Shown: positions 48,579-60,312, counted from the first letter of the stretch. The stretch: DNA of 64,000 nt from Aureispira anguillae (GCF_026000115.1 NZ_AP026867.1:2969716-3033715); one strand, 5' to 3'. The notes: generated by a model from the sequence alone, not told the origin. Numbers and translations: made by a program.

Positions 48579-49330
48579 AATCTTACTAATATATTATTCT
48601 TATCTAAATAGTTTTTTAAAGCTGGGATAGCAATTTCTTTGAAATGAAAAACGCTTGCCGCCAAAGCTGCGTCGGCTTGTCCCAATTCAAAAACATCCTT
48701 AAAATGAGATTTTTTTCCTGCTCCTCCAGATGCAATGATTGGGATTGACAATTGCTTGGACATTAGGGCTAATATTGAATTCGCAAAACCATCCTTGGTA
48801 CCATCATGGTCCATTGATGTAAACAAAATCTCTCCAGCCCCTAGTTCCGCTGCCTTCTTTGCCCATTCTAGCAATCTCCATTCACTTTTTATACGCCCAC
48901 CACTTGTATAAACCATCCACTCACCATTTTCCAACTTTGCATCTATCGCCACCACTACACACTGACTTCCAAATTTACTAGCCAGTTCTCTTATCAATTG
49001 AGGTTGGCGTACCGCAGCTGAATTGATGGCAATTTTATCGGCTCCTGCCCTTAAGAGCCTAGCGACATCTTCTACCGTAGAAATTCCCCCTCCTACTGTA
49101 AAAGGAATTGAAAGGCATCGAGCAATTTTTTCAACCAGCTCAATCCATGTTTTTCGCTTTTCATGACTAGCAGTAATATCCAAAAACACCAGTTCGTCTG
49201 CCCCCATCTTAGTATATAATTGAGCCAATTCAATAGGGTCTCCCGCATCTTTGAGCCCAACAAAATTCACCCCCTTTACTGTTCTCCCCTCTTTTATATC
49301 CAAGCAAGGAATAATTCGTTTGGTTAACAT
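48575..49330 (-). CDS. hisF: Imidazole glycerol phosphate synthase cyclase subunit
   Basis: [20 protein letters not shown]… (beta/alpha)8 HisF signature. Confidence 0.9.
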   Translation of the reverse strand: MLTKRIIPCLDIKEGRTVKGVNFVGLKDAGDPIELAQLYTKMGADELVFLDITASHEKRKTWIELVEKIARCLSIPFTVGGGISTVEDVARLLRAGADKIAINSAAVRQPQLIRELASKFGSQCVVVAIDAKLENGEWMVYTSGGRIKSEWRLLEWAKKAAELGAGEILFTSMDHDGTKDGFANSILALMSKQLSIPIIASGGAGKKSHFKDVFELGQADAALAASVFHFKEIAIPALKNYLDKNNILVRL

Positions 49331-50052
49331 GATACAATGAATTTTTCAACTTCTTTTAATTTAATTTTTCCTTCATAGAATGCTTTGCCAATAACAACTC
49401 CATGACAACCTATTTCATCCAATTTTTTTATCTCATCAATAGAAGATACCCCACCACTAGCCATCAACTTTAAGTTGGGGAATTCGTTCAAAATAGATTT
49501 ATAAAGTGCTATAGAAGCTCCTTGTAAGAGGCCATCTTTGGCAATATCGGTGCAAATACAAGATTCAATCCCTCGCTCTAAATAATTCTCCAAGAAAGGA
49601 AACAATTCAATTTCACTGACCTCTTTCCAACCGTTAACAGCAATTTGCAAACCTTTGACATCTGCTCCTAGTATAATTTTAGAACTGCCATACGTTGCGA
49701 TCCATTCATAAACTAAGGGGGCATTGGCTACAGCGATACTCCCAGCCGTAACTTGGTTTGCCCCTGAGTTAAATGCTATTTCAAGATCTTTAATCGATTT
49801 TACTCCTCCTCCAAAATCAATCCTTAAATTGGTTCCTTGCGCAATGCTTTCCAACACGTCATAATTAACAATATACTTAGCTTTGGCTCCATCCAAATCT
49901 ACCAAATGCAACTGCTCTAAGCCAGCATCTTCAAACGATTGAGCCACCTCTAGCGGTTTGCTACTATAAATTTTCTTCTGTGTATAATTTCCCTGCGTTA
50001 GACGAACGCATTGCCCGTCTATAATGTCAATTGCTGGTATTATCTTGATCAT
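49324..50052 (-). CDS. hisA: ProFAR isomerase
   Basis: [21 protein letters not shown]… HisA signature. Overlaps hisF by 7 nt. Confidence 0.9.
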   Translation of the reverse strand: MIKIIPAIDIIDGQCVRLTQGNYTQKKIYSSKPLEVAQSFEDAGLEQLHLVDLDGAKAKYIVNYDVLESIAQGTNLRIDFGGGVKSIKDLEIAFNSGANQVTAGSIAVANAPLVYEWIATYGSSKIILGADVKGLQIAVNGWKEVSEIELFPFLENYLERGIESCICTDIAKDGLLQGASIALYKSILNEFPNLKLMASGGVSSIDEIKKLDEIGCHGVVIGKAFYEGKIKLKEVEKFIVSC

Positions 50053-50063
50053 TTTTTACTGAT

Positions 50064-50651
50064 TTATAAGGCTAAGAAGTTTTTTAAAATTTGCATTCCA
50101 ATCTGATTCGATTTTTCAGGGTGAAATTGTGTTGCATAAAAGTTATCCTTTTGTAATGCTGCACTAAAATTCCCTCCATAAGAACAAGTAGCAATGGTAT
50201 AAGCTCCCAATTCTACATAATAACTATGAACAAAGTAAGCGTAACTATCCATTGGTATCCCTGCTAATAAAGGTACCGAATTGCAGGTAAGCGTATTCCA
50301 TCCTATATGGGGAACCTTTAAATTGGGATGGGGAATGAATCGCTTGACCCTTGCAGGAAAAATATTCAATCCCTCTACATTGCCTTCTTCTGAAAAAGCG
50401 CACAGCAGTTGCATTCCTAAACAAATTCCCAATACGGGTTGTACAAGATTTTTTATGGCAAGATCCAAACCTTCTTTTTTTAGATAAGTCATGGCAGAGC
50501 GAGCCTCGCCCACTCCTGGAAAAATTACCTTATCGGCAGCAGCCAATAACGTTGGGTCTTTGGTTAACACTGCTGATACGCCTAGTCGCTCTAGCGCAAA
50601 CTGCACTGAACGGGTGTTCCCTGCCTTGTAATCTATAATTGCTATTTTCAT
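50064..50651 (-). CDS. hisH: Imidazole glycerol phosphate synthase glutamine amidotransferase subunit
   Basis: Class I GATase with catalytic Cys in GICLGMQLL and an HPEKS motif. Confidence 0.9.
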   Translation of the reverse strand: MKIAIIDYKAGNTRSVQFALERLGVSAVLTKDPTLLAAADKVIFPGVGEARSAMTYLKKEGLDLAIKNLVQPVLGICLGMQLLCAFSEEGNVEGLNIFPARVKRFIPHPNLKVPHIGWNTLTCNSVPLLAGIPMDSYAYFVHSYYVELGAYTIATCSYGGNFSAALQKDNFYATQFHPEKSNQIGMQILKNFLAL

Positions 50652-50704
50652 ATTAGCTCCTTTTTATTTGGTGCTTTGACAACTCACTCATCAAAACATA
50701 ACAT

Positions 50705-51838
50705 TTATAACAGTCCTTTAGTAGAAGGCAATAATTGATGCTTAGGGTCTCGTTTGATTGCCTGTTTGATACTCTTAGCCCAAGCTTTAAAAATCGCTTC
50801 AATCTTATGATGTTCATTTTTGCCCTTGGCTTGAATATTTAAATTGCACAAAGCAGCATCTGAAAAAGACTTAAAAAAATGAAAGAACATTTCTGTTGGC
50901 ATTTTTCCAATCATTTCACGTTTAAATTCAGCCTCCCAAACCATCCAATTTCGCCCCCCAAAATCCAAGGCAACTTGTGCCAAACAATCGTCCATTGGCA
51001 AACAAAACCCATAGCGCTCTATTCCTTTTTTGTTCCCTAGGGCTTGACGAAAGGCAGCCCCCAAAGCAATAGCTGTATCTTCAATGGTATGGTGCTCATC
51101 TACCTCCAAATCTCCTTGGGTCAACACCTCCAAATCAATACCTGAATGGCGGGCTAACTGATCTAGCATATGGTCAAAAAAAGGAATTCCTGTATTAATA
51201 TTTGCCTTGGCTGTTCCATCCAAATTCAATCGAATTTTAATCTTTGTCTCTTTGGTATTTCGCTCGATTTCAGTAATTCTAGGCGGCAACTTTAACAACT
51301 GATAAATAGCTGCCCAATCCTTAGTCGCTAGAGCTATCGTTGACATCAATTCTTTGGTTTGCATTGCACAGGCTTCCTGTTTTGGATCAGAATTGATCCA
51401 AATCCCTTGCGCCCCTAAATTTTTTGCCAATTCCATATCCGTAAGTCGATCGCCAATTACATAAGAATTAGCCAGATCATAATCCCCCTCTATGTATTTT
51501 GTTAATAAGCCCGTCCTTGGCTTTCGAGTAGGTGCATTTTCCTCAGGAAAAGAACGATCTATATATACTTCATCAAACGCAACTCCCTCCTGTTCAAACG
51601 CCTGTATAATTTTATGGTGAGCAGGCCAAAACGTTTCTTCAGGAAAAGCACTCGTTCCTAATCCATCCTGATTGGTAATCATAACCAATTCATACTCTAG
51701 TTCTTGAGCTATTTTTGATAAATATTGAAATACCCTAGGATAATAAACCAACTTCTCCAAACTATCCAGTTGATAATCAATAGGAGGTTCTATAACCAAG
51801 GTTCCATCTCGATCTAAAAACAATACTTTTTTAGGCAT
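50705..51838 (-). CDS. hisB: Bifunctional histidinol-phosphatase / imidazoleglycerol-phosphate dehydratase
   Basis: N-terminal HAD motif [10 protein letters not shown]-terminal IGPD motifs (DxHH..E). Start taken at MPKKVLFLD. Confidence 0.9.
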   Translation of the reverse strand: MPKKVLFLDRDGTLVIEPPIDYQLDSLEKLVYYPRVFQYLSKIAQELEYELVMITNQDGLGTSAFPEETFWPAHHKIIQAFEQEGVAFDEVYIDRSFPEENAPTRKPRTGLLTKYIEGDYDLANSYVIGDRLTDMELAKNLGAQGIWINSDPKQEACAMQTKELMSTIALATKDWAAIYQLLKLPPRITEIERNTKETKIKIRLNLDGTAKANINTGIPFFDHMLDQLARHSGIDLEVLTQGDLEVDEHHTIEDTAIALGAAFRQALGNKKGIERYGFCLPMDDCLAQVALDFGGRNWMVWEAEFKREMIGKMPTEMFFHFFKSFSDAALCNLNIQAKGKNEHHKIEAIFKAWAKSIKQAIKRDPKHQLLPSTKGLL

Positions 51839-52889
51839 TTTTATTTTTTTTATAGTTTGATAGATTAAAAAGCAATTGCTTATTCTCAGCAGCCGAACCA
51901 ATGGTTATTCGCAAGCAATTGTCACATAAAACCACTGCGTTTCTATTCCGCACAACAATCCCCTTTTCCACTAAATAGCGATAAAGTGCATCCGCTTGTT
52001 TTACTTTTACCAATAAAAAATTTGCAGCAGAAGGGTATACATGCACCACAAAAGGCAACTGGATTAATGCATTTTTTAACACTGTTCGTTCTGATAGAAT
52101 GGTTCGAATGGTTTGATACAAATCGTTAGCATTCTGTAGGCGTTCTAAGGCAAACGATTGGGTCAATTGATTAATATTGTAAGGAGGTTTTACCTTGTTA
52201 AAAAGAGCAACAATTGTAGGGCTGGCGATTGCCATTCCCAAGCGAATCCCCGCCATTCCCCAAGCCTTAGAAAACGTTTGCAGAATCACTAGATTAGGGT
52301 AAGTATCTAGCCATTTTAGGCAGCTTTCCTGAGCAGAAAAATGAATATAGGCTTCATCCACTACCACAATTCCATCAAATTCTTTGATCAATTGCTCGAT
52401 TTTAACCAATGAAATGTCATTGCCTGTAGGATTATTGGGACTACAAATAAACAAAATCTTGGTTTGTTCGTTCTGTGCTGCCAAAATTGCCTCTACATCA
52501 GGTTGAAAATTTTCTTGTAATGGAATTGTTATATTTTTCACCCGATTAATAGTTGCTGAAACCTCATACATGCCATAAGTAGGGGGCAACGTAATAATAG
52601 CATCCTGTCCTGATATGCAAAAAATACGCAATAACAAATCAATAGCTTCATCGCTACCATTCCCTAAAAAAATTTGTGCTGCATCAAGTTTTAAATAAGT
52701 CGCTATAGCCTTTTTTAAGTTCCCTTGTAAGGGATCTGGATAGCGATTGTAAGGGCTTGAAAGCGCATTTTCATTGGCATCCAAAAAAATTCTTGCGCTT
52801 CCCTTAAATTCTGATCGGGCAGAAGAATAAGCTTGTAGGCTAATTATGTGCGGATTAACGAGCGCTTCTATTGTTTTTGTTCTATTCAT
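51831..52889 (-). CDS. hisC: Histidinol-phosphate aminotransferase
   Basis: Class II aminotransferase with PLP-Lys region (…[14 protein letters not shown]…). Overlaps hisB by 8 nt. Confidence 0.85.
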   Translation of the reverse strand: MNRTKTIEALVNPHIISLQAYSSARSEFKGSARIFLDANENALSSPYNRYPDPLQGNLKKAIATYLKLDAAQIFLGNGSDEAIDLLLRIFCISGQDAIITLPPTYGMYEVSATINRVKNITIPLQENFQPDVEAILAAQNEQTKILFICSPNNPTGNDISLVKIEQLIKEFDGIVVVDEAYIHFSAQESCLKWLDTYPNLVILQTFSKAWGMAGIRLGMAIASPTIVALFNKVKPPYNINQLTQSFALERLQNANDLYQTIRTILSERTVLKNALIQLPFVVHVYPSAANFLLVKVKQADALYRYLVEKGIVVRNRNAVVLCDNCLRITIGSAAENKQLLFNLSNYKKNKNA

Positions 52890-54165
52890 CGTTCATACTT
52901 TTTAGTCGAATACTGATAGCATTTTTGTGTGCTTCTAAGGCTTCTGCTGCTGCCATTGTTTCTACCACCCAGCCAATATTTTTTAATCCTCTTTTGGTTG
53001 CTTTTTGGAACGTAATTTTCTTTACAAAAGAATCTAAAGACAGCCCACTATAGTTACAGGCAAAACCATTTGTGGGTAAGGTATGATTGGTTCCTGATGC
53101 ATAGTCTCCTAAAGATTCTGGTGTAAAATTTCCTAAAAATACAGAGCCTGCATTGATTACTTGATCGGCAACTTTTTCCGCATTCTTGATATTTAAAATC
53201 AAGTGTTCTGGTGCATATTCATTAATGAATTGAACAATTGTTTGCTCGTCTTTTAAGACAATTGCTCGACTATTATTTAAAGCAATTTGAGCCATATCCT
53301 TTCGAGGCAAACGAGCAATTTGTTGCTTAATCGCTGCTTGAACGTTTTCGACAACAAGCGAACTGCTACTGACCAAAATCACTTGGCTATCCGTTCCATG
53401 TTCTGCCTGAGATAATAAATCGGCTGCTACAAATGCTGGATTTGCACACTCATCTGCCCAAACCAATAGTTCAGAAGGCCCAGCGGGCATATCAATAGCA
53501 AGCCCTTCTTTAAGAATCAACTGCTTAGCACAGGTGATATATTGATTTCCTGGACCAAATATTTTATATACTTTGGGGATACACGCTGTTCCGTATGCCA
53601 TTGCTCCTATCGCTTGCACCCCACCAACTTTAAAGATTTTTGTGCAGCCCACCAAACTCGCTGCGTACAAAATAGCTGGGTGTATCTGCCCCTTTTGATT
53701 AGGAGGCGAACAAAGCACAATCTCTCTACAACCTGCTAATTTTGCAGGAATGCCCAACATCAAAACAGTAGAAAACAAGGGTGCGGTTCCAGCAGGGATA
53801 TATAAGCCTACCCGATCAATCCCCACTGATTTTCGCCAACAAGTAATTCCATCCATGGTTTCCACGTACTGGACGGCTTCTTTCTGGCTCTTATGAAATA
53901 CTTCTATGTTGTTTTTTGCTTGTTGAATGGCTCTTTTTAAGGGGCTAGAAACCGCTTCTATAGCGGCTTGAATCTCAGCTTTTGACACGCTAAAATCATC
54001 CAACTGAACCCGATCAAATTTAGAAGTGTATCTTCTTACAGCAACATCTCCATCCTGCTGAATATCCTTTAAAATTGATTGTACCACTGGTTCCAAGTCC
54101 TCTGTTCCAAGCCTTGAACGTTGGAGTAAGGTCGTCCATTCTTCTGGATTGATAAATGTTTTCAT
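52882..54165 (-). CDS. hisD: Histidinol dehydrogenase
   Basis: HisD signature regions (…AGPSE…, …EHL…). 427 aa. Overlaps hisC by 8 nt. Confidence 0.9.
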   Translation of the reverse strand: MKTFINPEEWTTLLQRSRLGTEDLEPVVQSILKDIQQDGDVAVRRYTSKFDRVQLDDFSVSKAEIQAAIEAVSSPLKRAIQQAKNNIEVFHKSQKEAVQYVETMDGITCWRKSVGIDRVGLYIPAGTAPLFSTVLMLGIPAKLAGCREIVLCSPPNQKGQIHPAILYAASLVGCTKIFKVGGVQAIGAMAYGTACIPKVYKIFGPGNQYITCAKQLILKEGLAIDMPAGPSELLVWADECANPAFVAADLLSQAEHGTDSQVILVSSSSLVVENVQAAIKQQIARLPRKDMAQIALNNSRAIVLKDEQTIVQFINEYAPEHLILNIKNAEKVADQVINAGSVFLGNFTPESLGDYASGTNHTLPTNGFACNYSGLSLDSFVKKITFQKATKRGLKNIGWVVETMAAAEALEAHKNAISIRLKSMNDE

Positions 54166-54185
54166 AATAAATTTATTGGTTTGTT

Positions 54186-55049
54186 TTATACAATCATTTT
54201 TTCAATTGGGATGACTAAAATCCCCTCTGCCCCAGCCATTTTTAGAGCATCTATACGCTCCCAAAATGCCGTTTCCTGAACAACAGAATGCAAAGAGCTC
54301 CACCCTTTGTCCTTCAAAGGCAAAATGCTAGGACTTTTCATGCCTGGCAACAAGGCGCAAATTTCATCCAACTTATGATTAGGCGCATTTAACAAAATGT
54401 ATTTGTTTTTGGCAGCAGCCTGTTTAGAACGAATTCTGAAAATCAGTTTTTCCAAAATCTGTTGCTTGATAGCGGATAATTTAGGATTGCCAATCAATAC
54501 AGCCTGAGATTTTAATAAGACTTCCACCTCCTTTAATCCATTGCTCAATAAAGTAGATCCAGAACTTACTAAATCGCAAATCCCCGCTGCTAAACCAATA
54601 CTAGGTGCTATTTCTACGGAACCACTAATGGCATGAATTTCAGCACTAATTCCATGCTTAGTCAGATACTCTTTTAAAATGTTAGAATAAGTTGTTGCAA
54701 TCTTTTTTCCATTCCAATAGTCTAATCCTGTGTAAGTTTCATTTTTAGGAATAGCCAAAGACAACCGACATTGAGCAAATCCTAGTGGTAAAAGAGTATC
54801 GACCCTTGCTTGTTCTTCTAGCAAAACATTCTCTCCTAAGATTCCAACATCTGCAACCCCATCTTCAACATACTGAGGAATATCGTCGTCTCTCAAAAAA
54901 TAAATTTCTAAAGGGAAATTGGTTGCTGGCGACAATAATTTTCGCTTGCCATTTCTCAATTCGATACCGCAATTGCTTAATAATTGCATTGATTTTTCCG
55001 TTAGTCTACCCGATTTTTGGATAGCAATACGAAGTCTCTCGTTCTTCAT
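54186..55049 (-). CDS. hisG: ATP phosphoribosyltransferase (long form)
   Basis: HisG catalytic domain plus C-terminal regulatory domain. 287 aa. Confidence 0.9.
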   Translation of the reverse strand: MKNERLRIAIQKSGRLTEKSMQLLSNCGIELRNGKRKLLSPATNFPLEIYFLRDDDIPQYVEDGVADVGILGENVLLEEQARVDTLLPLGFAQCRLSLAIPKNETYTGLDYWNGKKIATTYSNILKEYLTKHGISAEIHAISGSVEIAPSIGLAAGICDLVSSGSTLLSNGLKEVEVLLKSQAVLIGNPKLSAIKQQILEKLIFRIRSKQAAAKNKYILLNAPNHKLDEICALLPGMKSPSILPLKDKGWSSLHSVVQETAFWERIDALKMAGAEGILVIPIEKMIV

Positions 55050-55106
55050 AACCCTGTTTGATATTAGTAAAAAAAATAGATGTGCCTGAAAAGTATGGAG
55101 TAGGTC

Positions 55107-55138
55107 AAAAAAAAAGGCTTATCACCAAGTGATAAGCC
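55107..55138 (-). terminator. Attenuator terminator of the his operon leader
   Basis: On the minus strand: perfect 10-bp stem GGCTTATCAC-TTGG-GTGATAAGCC followed by a T9 run. Lies between the leader ORF and the hisG start codon. Confidence 0.7.
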
Positions 55139-55170
55139 TTTTTGTATTTTAAATTCTACTTATTTATTCG

Positions 55171-55284
55171 CTAGGAATGGAAATTATGAGGAGTAGAATG
55201 ATGAGCACATACATTAGCTTCACTTGACTGACCATGCAGTAAATGATGAAAATGATGATGTGTATGTGCGTTACTCAATAACAT
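55171..55284 (-). promoter_or_regulatory. hisL: his operon leader peptide ORF (37 codons, 11 His)
   Basis: Minus-strand ORF translated by hand: MLLSNAHTHHHFHHLLHGQSSEANVCAHHSTPHNFHS*. Includes the run H-T-H-H-H-F-H-H. It is shorter than the 60-aa cutoff of the ORF track. Confidence 0.7.
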
Positions 55285-55425
55285 AATTCAATAATAGAAG
55301 GATTGTTTTGATTTGTTAATACAAACCTAGGAGTTTTTATTTAAATAGTCCAAATTTTTGTTGCTATTTTTTTTATTTTTTTATCAAAACAAGAAAAGTT
55401 CACTCAAAAAAAAGCTAAAAATCAA

Positions 55426-57981
55426 CTACTTAAAAGATATTTTTCTTTTTCGTTCGTGCAAAGCTTTTAAGAATTGTTCCAGTTCTATTTCATCTTGGAT
55501 GTAGACCTGTCGTGCTTTAGAACCTTCATTCGGTCCCACAATTCCAGTATTTTCTAGCTGATCCATAATACGTCCTGCACGATTATAGCCTAGCTTTAAG
55601 CGACGTTGAATCATAGAAGTAGAACCTTGTTGATTCATCACTACCAATCGAGCAGCGTCATCAAAATGTTCGTCCAAATCATGCAAAACTTGATTTAGCT
55701 TTTGCTCGCTATCATTTCCACTGCCTCCGTCTTCGCCATAAGCAGGCAACAAAAAGGGCTCTGGATAACCAGGCTGAGATGCAATATGATTAATTACTCG
55801 ATCAACCTCTGGTGTATCAACAAAAGCACATTGAATTCGAATCAAGTTACCGCCTGAAGCCAACAACATATCCCCTCTACCAATTAATTGTTCAGCACCA
55901 CCACCATCTAAAATCGTACGAGAGTCAATTTTAGAAGTTACTTTAAAGGCTAAACGTGCAGGGAAGTTTGCTTTGATAATACCAGTAATAATATTTACCG
56001 ATGGACGCTGTGTAGCAATAATTAAATGAATTCCTACCGCACGTGCCAACTGTGCTAGACGACCAATCGGAAGCTCAACTTCTTTTCCCGCCGTCATAAT
56101 TAAATCGGCAAACTCATCAATCACCAACACAATAAAAGGCATAAAACGATGCCCCTTTTCAGGGTTTAATCGGCGAGCAACAAACTTTTTGTTGTATTCA
56201 TTGATATTACGAACGGACGCTTTTTTCAGCAAATTATAACGTTCATCCATTTCTACCGTCAAAGAATACAAGGTCTGAACTACCTTGGTTACATCGGTTA
56301 CAATCGCCTCTTCTTCATCTGGCAAATAGCCCAAATAATGCGCAGAGATACGGTTATACAAAGAAAGTTCTACTTTTTTGGGATCAATCAAGATCAACTT
56401 TAACTGAGAAGGGTGCTTCTTGTAAAGCAAACTCATAATAACTGTATTAATCCCTACTGACTTTCCTTGCCCCGTTGCTCCAGCAATCAGCAAATGCGGC
56501 ATCTTAGCCAAGTCAGCAATAAAGACCTCATCCGAAATTGTTTTCCCCAATGCAATTGGAAGATCCATTTTAGCTTCTTTAAACTTAGGAGAAGCCAACA
56601 CTTCTTTGAGCGATACAATTTGTTTGTTTCTATTCGGCACCTCAATACCAATGGTTCCTTTTCCTGGAATTGGAGCAATAATACGAATTCCTAAAGCGGC
56701 TAAACTCAAGGCAATATCGTCCTCCAAGCTCTTAATCTTAGAGATACGCACCCCTGGAGCTGGAATGATTTCGTATAAGGTTACCGTAGGACCAATGGTT
56801 GCTTTTATCTTAACAATCTCAATCTTATAATTGAGTAAAGTTTCTATAATTTGATCCTTGTTTGACTCCAGCTCTGCACGGTCAATAACAGGTTTTTGAT
56901 CGTCATAACTTTCTAACAAATCAATAACAGGATTCTCATACTTGGGTAGATCTAAAGTTGGGTCATACGGTTCAAAATGATCTTTATTTTCTTCAGCAAT
57001 CCCAATCTCAACTTGCTCTCCCTCTTTGCTAATTTCCATTGTTAAATCAGCATCTTCTTTCTCTGCCTCAGCTTTTTCTTTAGCTGCCTTTTCTAGATCT
57101 AAAGCCAATTGATTTTGGGTCAATTTTTTGACCTTATCTTCTAGCTCCTCCTTCGTAGATTGCTCAATAACCTTGGGCACTTCTAAAATTGTTTCCCTTT
57201 TATCTTCTGCTGATTGAGCAGGTGTTGGGCGATCAACAGCCTCTTCTGTATCCGTATCTCTAACATGCTCTGGTTTAAGCACATTATTCTTAGGTTTTAA
57301 AACGGTAACGGTCTTTGTTTCGGGTGCAGCAGGGAGTGGTTCGGGTTCTGGTGTCAATCGGAAAAGACTTCGAAAAGTTGCAGTAATGTTACTGATAGAA
57401 AATGCTGCTTTAATTTCATTTACGCTTAAGCCATCTTTAAAATTTGGATTCTTGTTCCAAATAACAAAACCTAAAAAGGCAAAGAGCAAGATTGCTATAA
57501 TTCCAACAGAGCCAACCAAACCATCTAAGAGGCTAATCAAGACTCCTCCAAAAGCTCCACCCCAAGGAAATTCATATCCTTGAAAAATAAATCCCAACAA
57601 AAAACTCGTCCAAAGCATGGTTAACAAAGAACGTTTATAAACAGGAATCAATTTCTTAAGAGGAGTTTCTACGATAAGACTCATGCCTGTTGTAAACAAC
57701 AAAAACACCAGAATAAAGGACGAAAAGCCAAATCCATAATAAAAGAATTGATGCGATAAAACGGCTCCTAAACGCCCTAACCAATTATCCATATCGTGCG
57801 GAGAAAGCAATACTGACCAGTTCGCTTTGTCCATATCTTCTTTCCATGTAAACAGATACGACGAAAATGCAATGAAAAGATATAAAGTAAAAAATAAGCA
57901 AAACAGCCCCACTAGTTTAGGAAAACGATCGTCTTGTACTCCGCCCTTAATGGAAACTTGTTTTTTCTTCTTTTTAGCCAT
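55426..57981 (-). CDS. ftsK: DNA translocase FtsK
   Basis: N-terminal TM segments and a Pro/Glu/Lys-rich linker. C-terminal motor domain with Walker A (GATGQGKS), and a C-terminal winged-helix gamma domain. Confidence 0.9.
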   Translation of the reverse strand: MAKKKKKQVSIKGGVQDDRFPKLVGLFCLFFTLYLFIAFSSYLFTWKEDMDKANWSVLLSPHDMDNWLGRLGAVLSHQFFYYGFGFSSFILVFLLFTTGMSLIVETPLKKLIPVYKRSLLTMLWTSFLLGFIFQGYEFPWGGAFGGVLISLLDGLVGSVGIIAILLFAFLGFVIWNKNPNFKDGLSVNEIKAAFSISNITATFRSLFRLTPEPEPLPAAPETKTVTVLKPKNNVLKPEHVRDTDTEEAVDRPTPAQSAEDKRETILEVPKVIEQSTKEELEDKVKKLTQNQLALDLEKAAKEKAEAEKEDADLTMEISKEGEQVEIGIAEENKDHFEPYDPTLDLPKYENPVIDLLESYDDQKPVIDRAELESNKDQIIETLLNYKIEIVKIKATIGPTVTLYEIIPAPGVRISKIKSLEDDIALSLAALGIRIIAPIPGKGTIGIEVPNRNKQIVSLKEVLASPKFKEAKMDLPIALGKTISDEVFIADLAKMPHLLIAGATGQGKSVGINTVIMSLLYKKHPSQLKLILIDPKKVELSLYNRISAHYLGYLPDEEEAIVTDVTKVVQTLYSLTVEMDERYNLLKKASVRNINEYNKKFVARRLNPEKGHRFMPFIVLVIDEFADLIMTAGKEVELPIGRLAQLARAVGIHLIIATQRPSVNIITGIIKANFPARLAFKVTSKIDSRTILDGGGAEQLIGRGDMLLASGGNLIRIQCAFVDTPEVDRVINHIASQPGYPEPFLLPAYGEDGGSGNDSEQKLNQVLHDLDEHFDDAARLVVMNQQGSTSMIQRRLKLGYNRAGRIMDQLENTGIVGPNEGSKARQVYIQDEIELEQFLKALHERKRKISFK

Positions 57982-58425
57982 TCTATTGTAAGATCAATGA
58001 TTTAAATTTACTTGTTTTTAATAGGCTTTATTGTGAATAAATGTAAAGTCTACTAATTGACAAAAATAAGGAATAATATTGATGTTTAAAGGATTTCGGG
58101 ACAAAAATGTCATGTTTTTGCTGATGTAGTGATTGAGTGTACGCAAATCTGTGTTGATTCTAATACTAACATTTTGATTTATAGGAACTAAAACCTCATA
58201 TATCATTATATCCCATTATAGAACCCTACACTTGTTTTTTCCTATTTCTCTTTTTCCTCTCCGCCACTCTCTCCCATTTTAGTACAATCTCTCCAACTGA
58301 GTCCTGTTTTAAAACTAATATTTCAACTACTGTTAACCTTTTCGCTAAAAAGCAGATTGATTGATATATAACTTTTTTAAGGTGCTTGTGGCCACTCCAC
58401 CGATTTAACTATCAAACTCAATATT

Positions 58426-58770
58426 ATGAATTTTAAATTAATTGGTATAGCAATGACTATGCTATTCGGAATGGTCTCTAATTTTTCAGCAACTACCCCA
58501 TTGCCTCCCCAAACATCCATCAATATGTTAAAAAACGGAGGAGTGCGAACCATTGTACAAGGTTATGCTTCTTTTGATGTAAAACAGAGTTCCTCACAAT
58601 CTTTATACATTAATGTATACGACAGCAACGGCTATCAAATTCTTTCCCTACACAGCCATGATTTGAGCACAACGGTGTCAACAGAAAATTGGGAAGCAGG
58701 ACAATATTTAATAAAAACACAAGCCAAGGGAGAATCCGCTTCACAGGATTTTGTACTTATTATCAGTTAA
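58426..58770 (+). CDS. Small secreted protein consisting essentially of a T9SS CTD-like domain
   Basis: 114 aa. N-terminal hydrophobic signal. C-terminal …LYINVYDSNGYQILSLHSHDL…AGQYLIKTQAKGESASQDFVLI resembles a Por_Secre_tail domain with no passenger domain. Confidence 0.35.
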   Translation: MNFKLIGIAMTMLFGMVSNFSATTPLPPQTSINMLKNGGVRTIVQGYASFDVKQSSSQSLYINVYDSNGYQILSLHSHDLSTTVSTENWEAGQYLIKTQAKGESASQDFVLIIS

Positions 58771-58809
58771 CTTTGTTATTTAAGAGGCTGTCTAAAAGGG
58801 CAGCCTCCT

Positions 58810-60312
58810 TTATTTTAATTTATTGAAGGCATCATTGTATAACTGTATCAACCAATTATAATACAATATTTCTTCATCAAGATCGTCCTTCCATTTACTT
58901 AAAGCAATCTTTTTTTCTTTTTTCCAATTTGTACTTATCAAAATTTTATAACAGGCACCTAGTTCTTTGATAAACTTTAAGTTAGCCTTCTCGGTAGAAA
59001 CTTCCTGAATTAATTTCCCCCTTATGTGTGCCTTATAAGCCTGAAGTATCAATTCTATTTCTATATTTTTGCCTTTAATCTTCAGATTATCTTGAAAGTT
59101 TTGGTTGATAAAATTTTCAAAAATTGCTTTGGTTTTTAATACATGAACTTGAGTTGCGTAATAAGCTCTTAAATTTAATTCTGGTTTTTTATTCTCTACT
59201 TTTTCATACTCAAAAAGTTTCAGCCATTTCTTTTGCAAATACAAATGAGCCATTTCACACAAATTTGCAATATAATATTGTTCTTTTTCTAAGGCATATT
59301 GATAACTATTTTCCTTAATTCGATTCAAAAAATCAGGATCTCTAAAATTAAGACAAGAAGCAATTGCATTGGCAAAATCTTCAAATCGTATTGCTCCATC
59401 TACCTGAATTAACCAATTGCTATCAAAGGCCATTTTATATAGATTGTATATGTATTCCCTCCAATTGGTTCCTCGCTCCACAGCAAGATAATTAATAAGA
59501 AAAATAACCATAAATTCTCGATCCTTATGCTCTATTTCAATCTTATTGGATTGTATAACGGCGTATAAATCGGCTAATAGCTTGGTGCAAATATCGCTAT
59601 CTCGCCCACTAGAACGAGTATATTGAACCACTAGATACAATCTTTCATACAGCTCTAAGGTTAGATTCTTATGCTCATTTATAATTGGCAATTGAAAATT
59701 AATCATTGGAAAAGCTTCTCCCAAAGAATAAAATCGACTGATTTTTTCTAAAGTGATGCGCAATTTATGAATTGAATAAAAAATATCTAACTGTACATCT
59801 GCCATCATTAAGGCCGTACTGGCCTCTTTTTCTTTTTTGGTTGGAAATTTAGAGGAAAAATAGAGTTTTTGATGTCCCCATGCGCTGTAATAATAGTCCG
59901 TTGATGTTTTAGGAGCTTTTAATTGTCGAACTAATTTCCCTAGAACAACTATATTCAATTCATTAATATCCAAGCTATTCTGAAGCAACTTATTTTTAAC
60001 ATAATAGCCCATAATTTGAGCTCGTATCTCCCATTTTAAATTTGTCTTTAGCTCCAATTCCCAATAACAAAAAGCATAGAACAAATCAATCAACTGATCG
60101 CTAGCATAATCCACTTTTTTGATGGTCTCTACCTTCATTTTTTTGAAAACCTCGTTCCGATCAATCTTTTGGTCGTTGTTCTTCCAGACTTCGAATACAG
60201 CAACATAAAATTTTTGAATGGGTGCTGTCGGTATAAAATTCTCAAATTTGGAGGCTTTTTTCAAAAGTGACAAAACGCTTAAGATTATTTCTATTTGCTC
60301 TAGCTTCTTCAT
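58810..60312 (-). CDS. Hypothetical protein (500 aa, Lys-rich, helical)
   Basis: Long ORF in an AT-rich segment. No signal peptide and no recognised motifs. Confidence 0.35.
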   Translation of the reverse strand: MKKLEQIEIILSVLSLLKKASKFENFIPTAPIQKFYVAVFEVWKNNDQKIDRNEVFKKMKVETIKKVDYASDQLIDLFYAFCYWELELKTNLKWEIRAQIMGYYVKNKLLQNSLDINELNIVVLGKLVRQLKAPKTSTDYYYSAWGHQKLYFSSKFPTKKEKEASTALMMADVQLDIFYSIHKLRITLEKISRFYSLGEAFPMINFQLPIINEHKNLTLELYERLYLVVQYTRSSGRDSDICTKLLADLYAVIQSNKIEIEHKDREFMVIFLINYLAVERGTNWREYIYNLYKMAFDSNWLIQVDGAIRFEDFANAIASCLNFRDPDFLNRIKENSYQYALEKEQYYIANLCEMAHLYLQKKWLKLFEYEKVENKKPELNLRAYYATQVHVLKTKAIFENFINQNFQDNLKIKGKNIEIELILQAYKAHIRGKLIQEVSTEKANLKFIKELGACYKILISTNWKKEKKIALSKWKDDLDEEILYYNWLIQLYNDAFNKLK

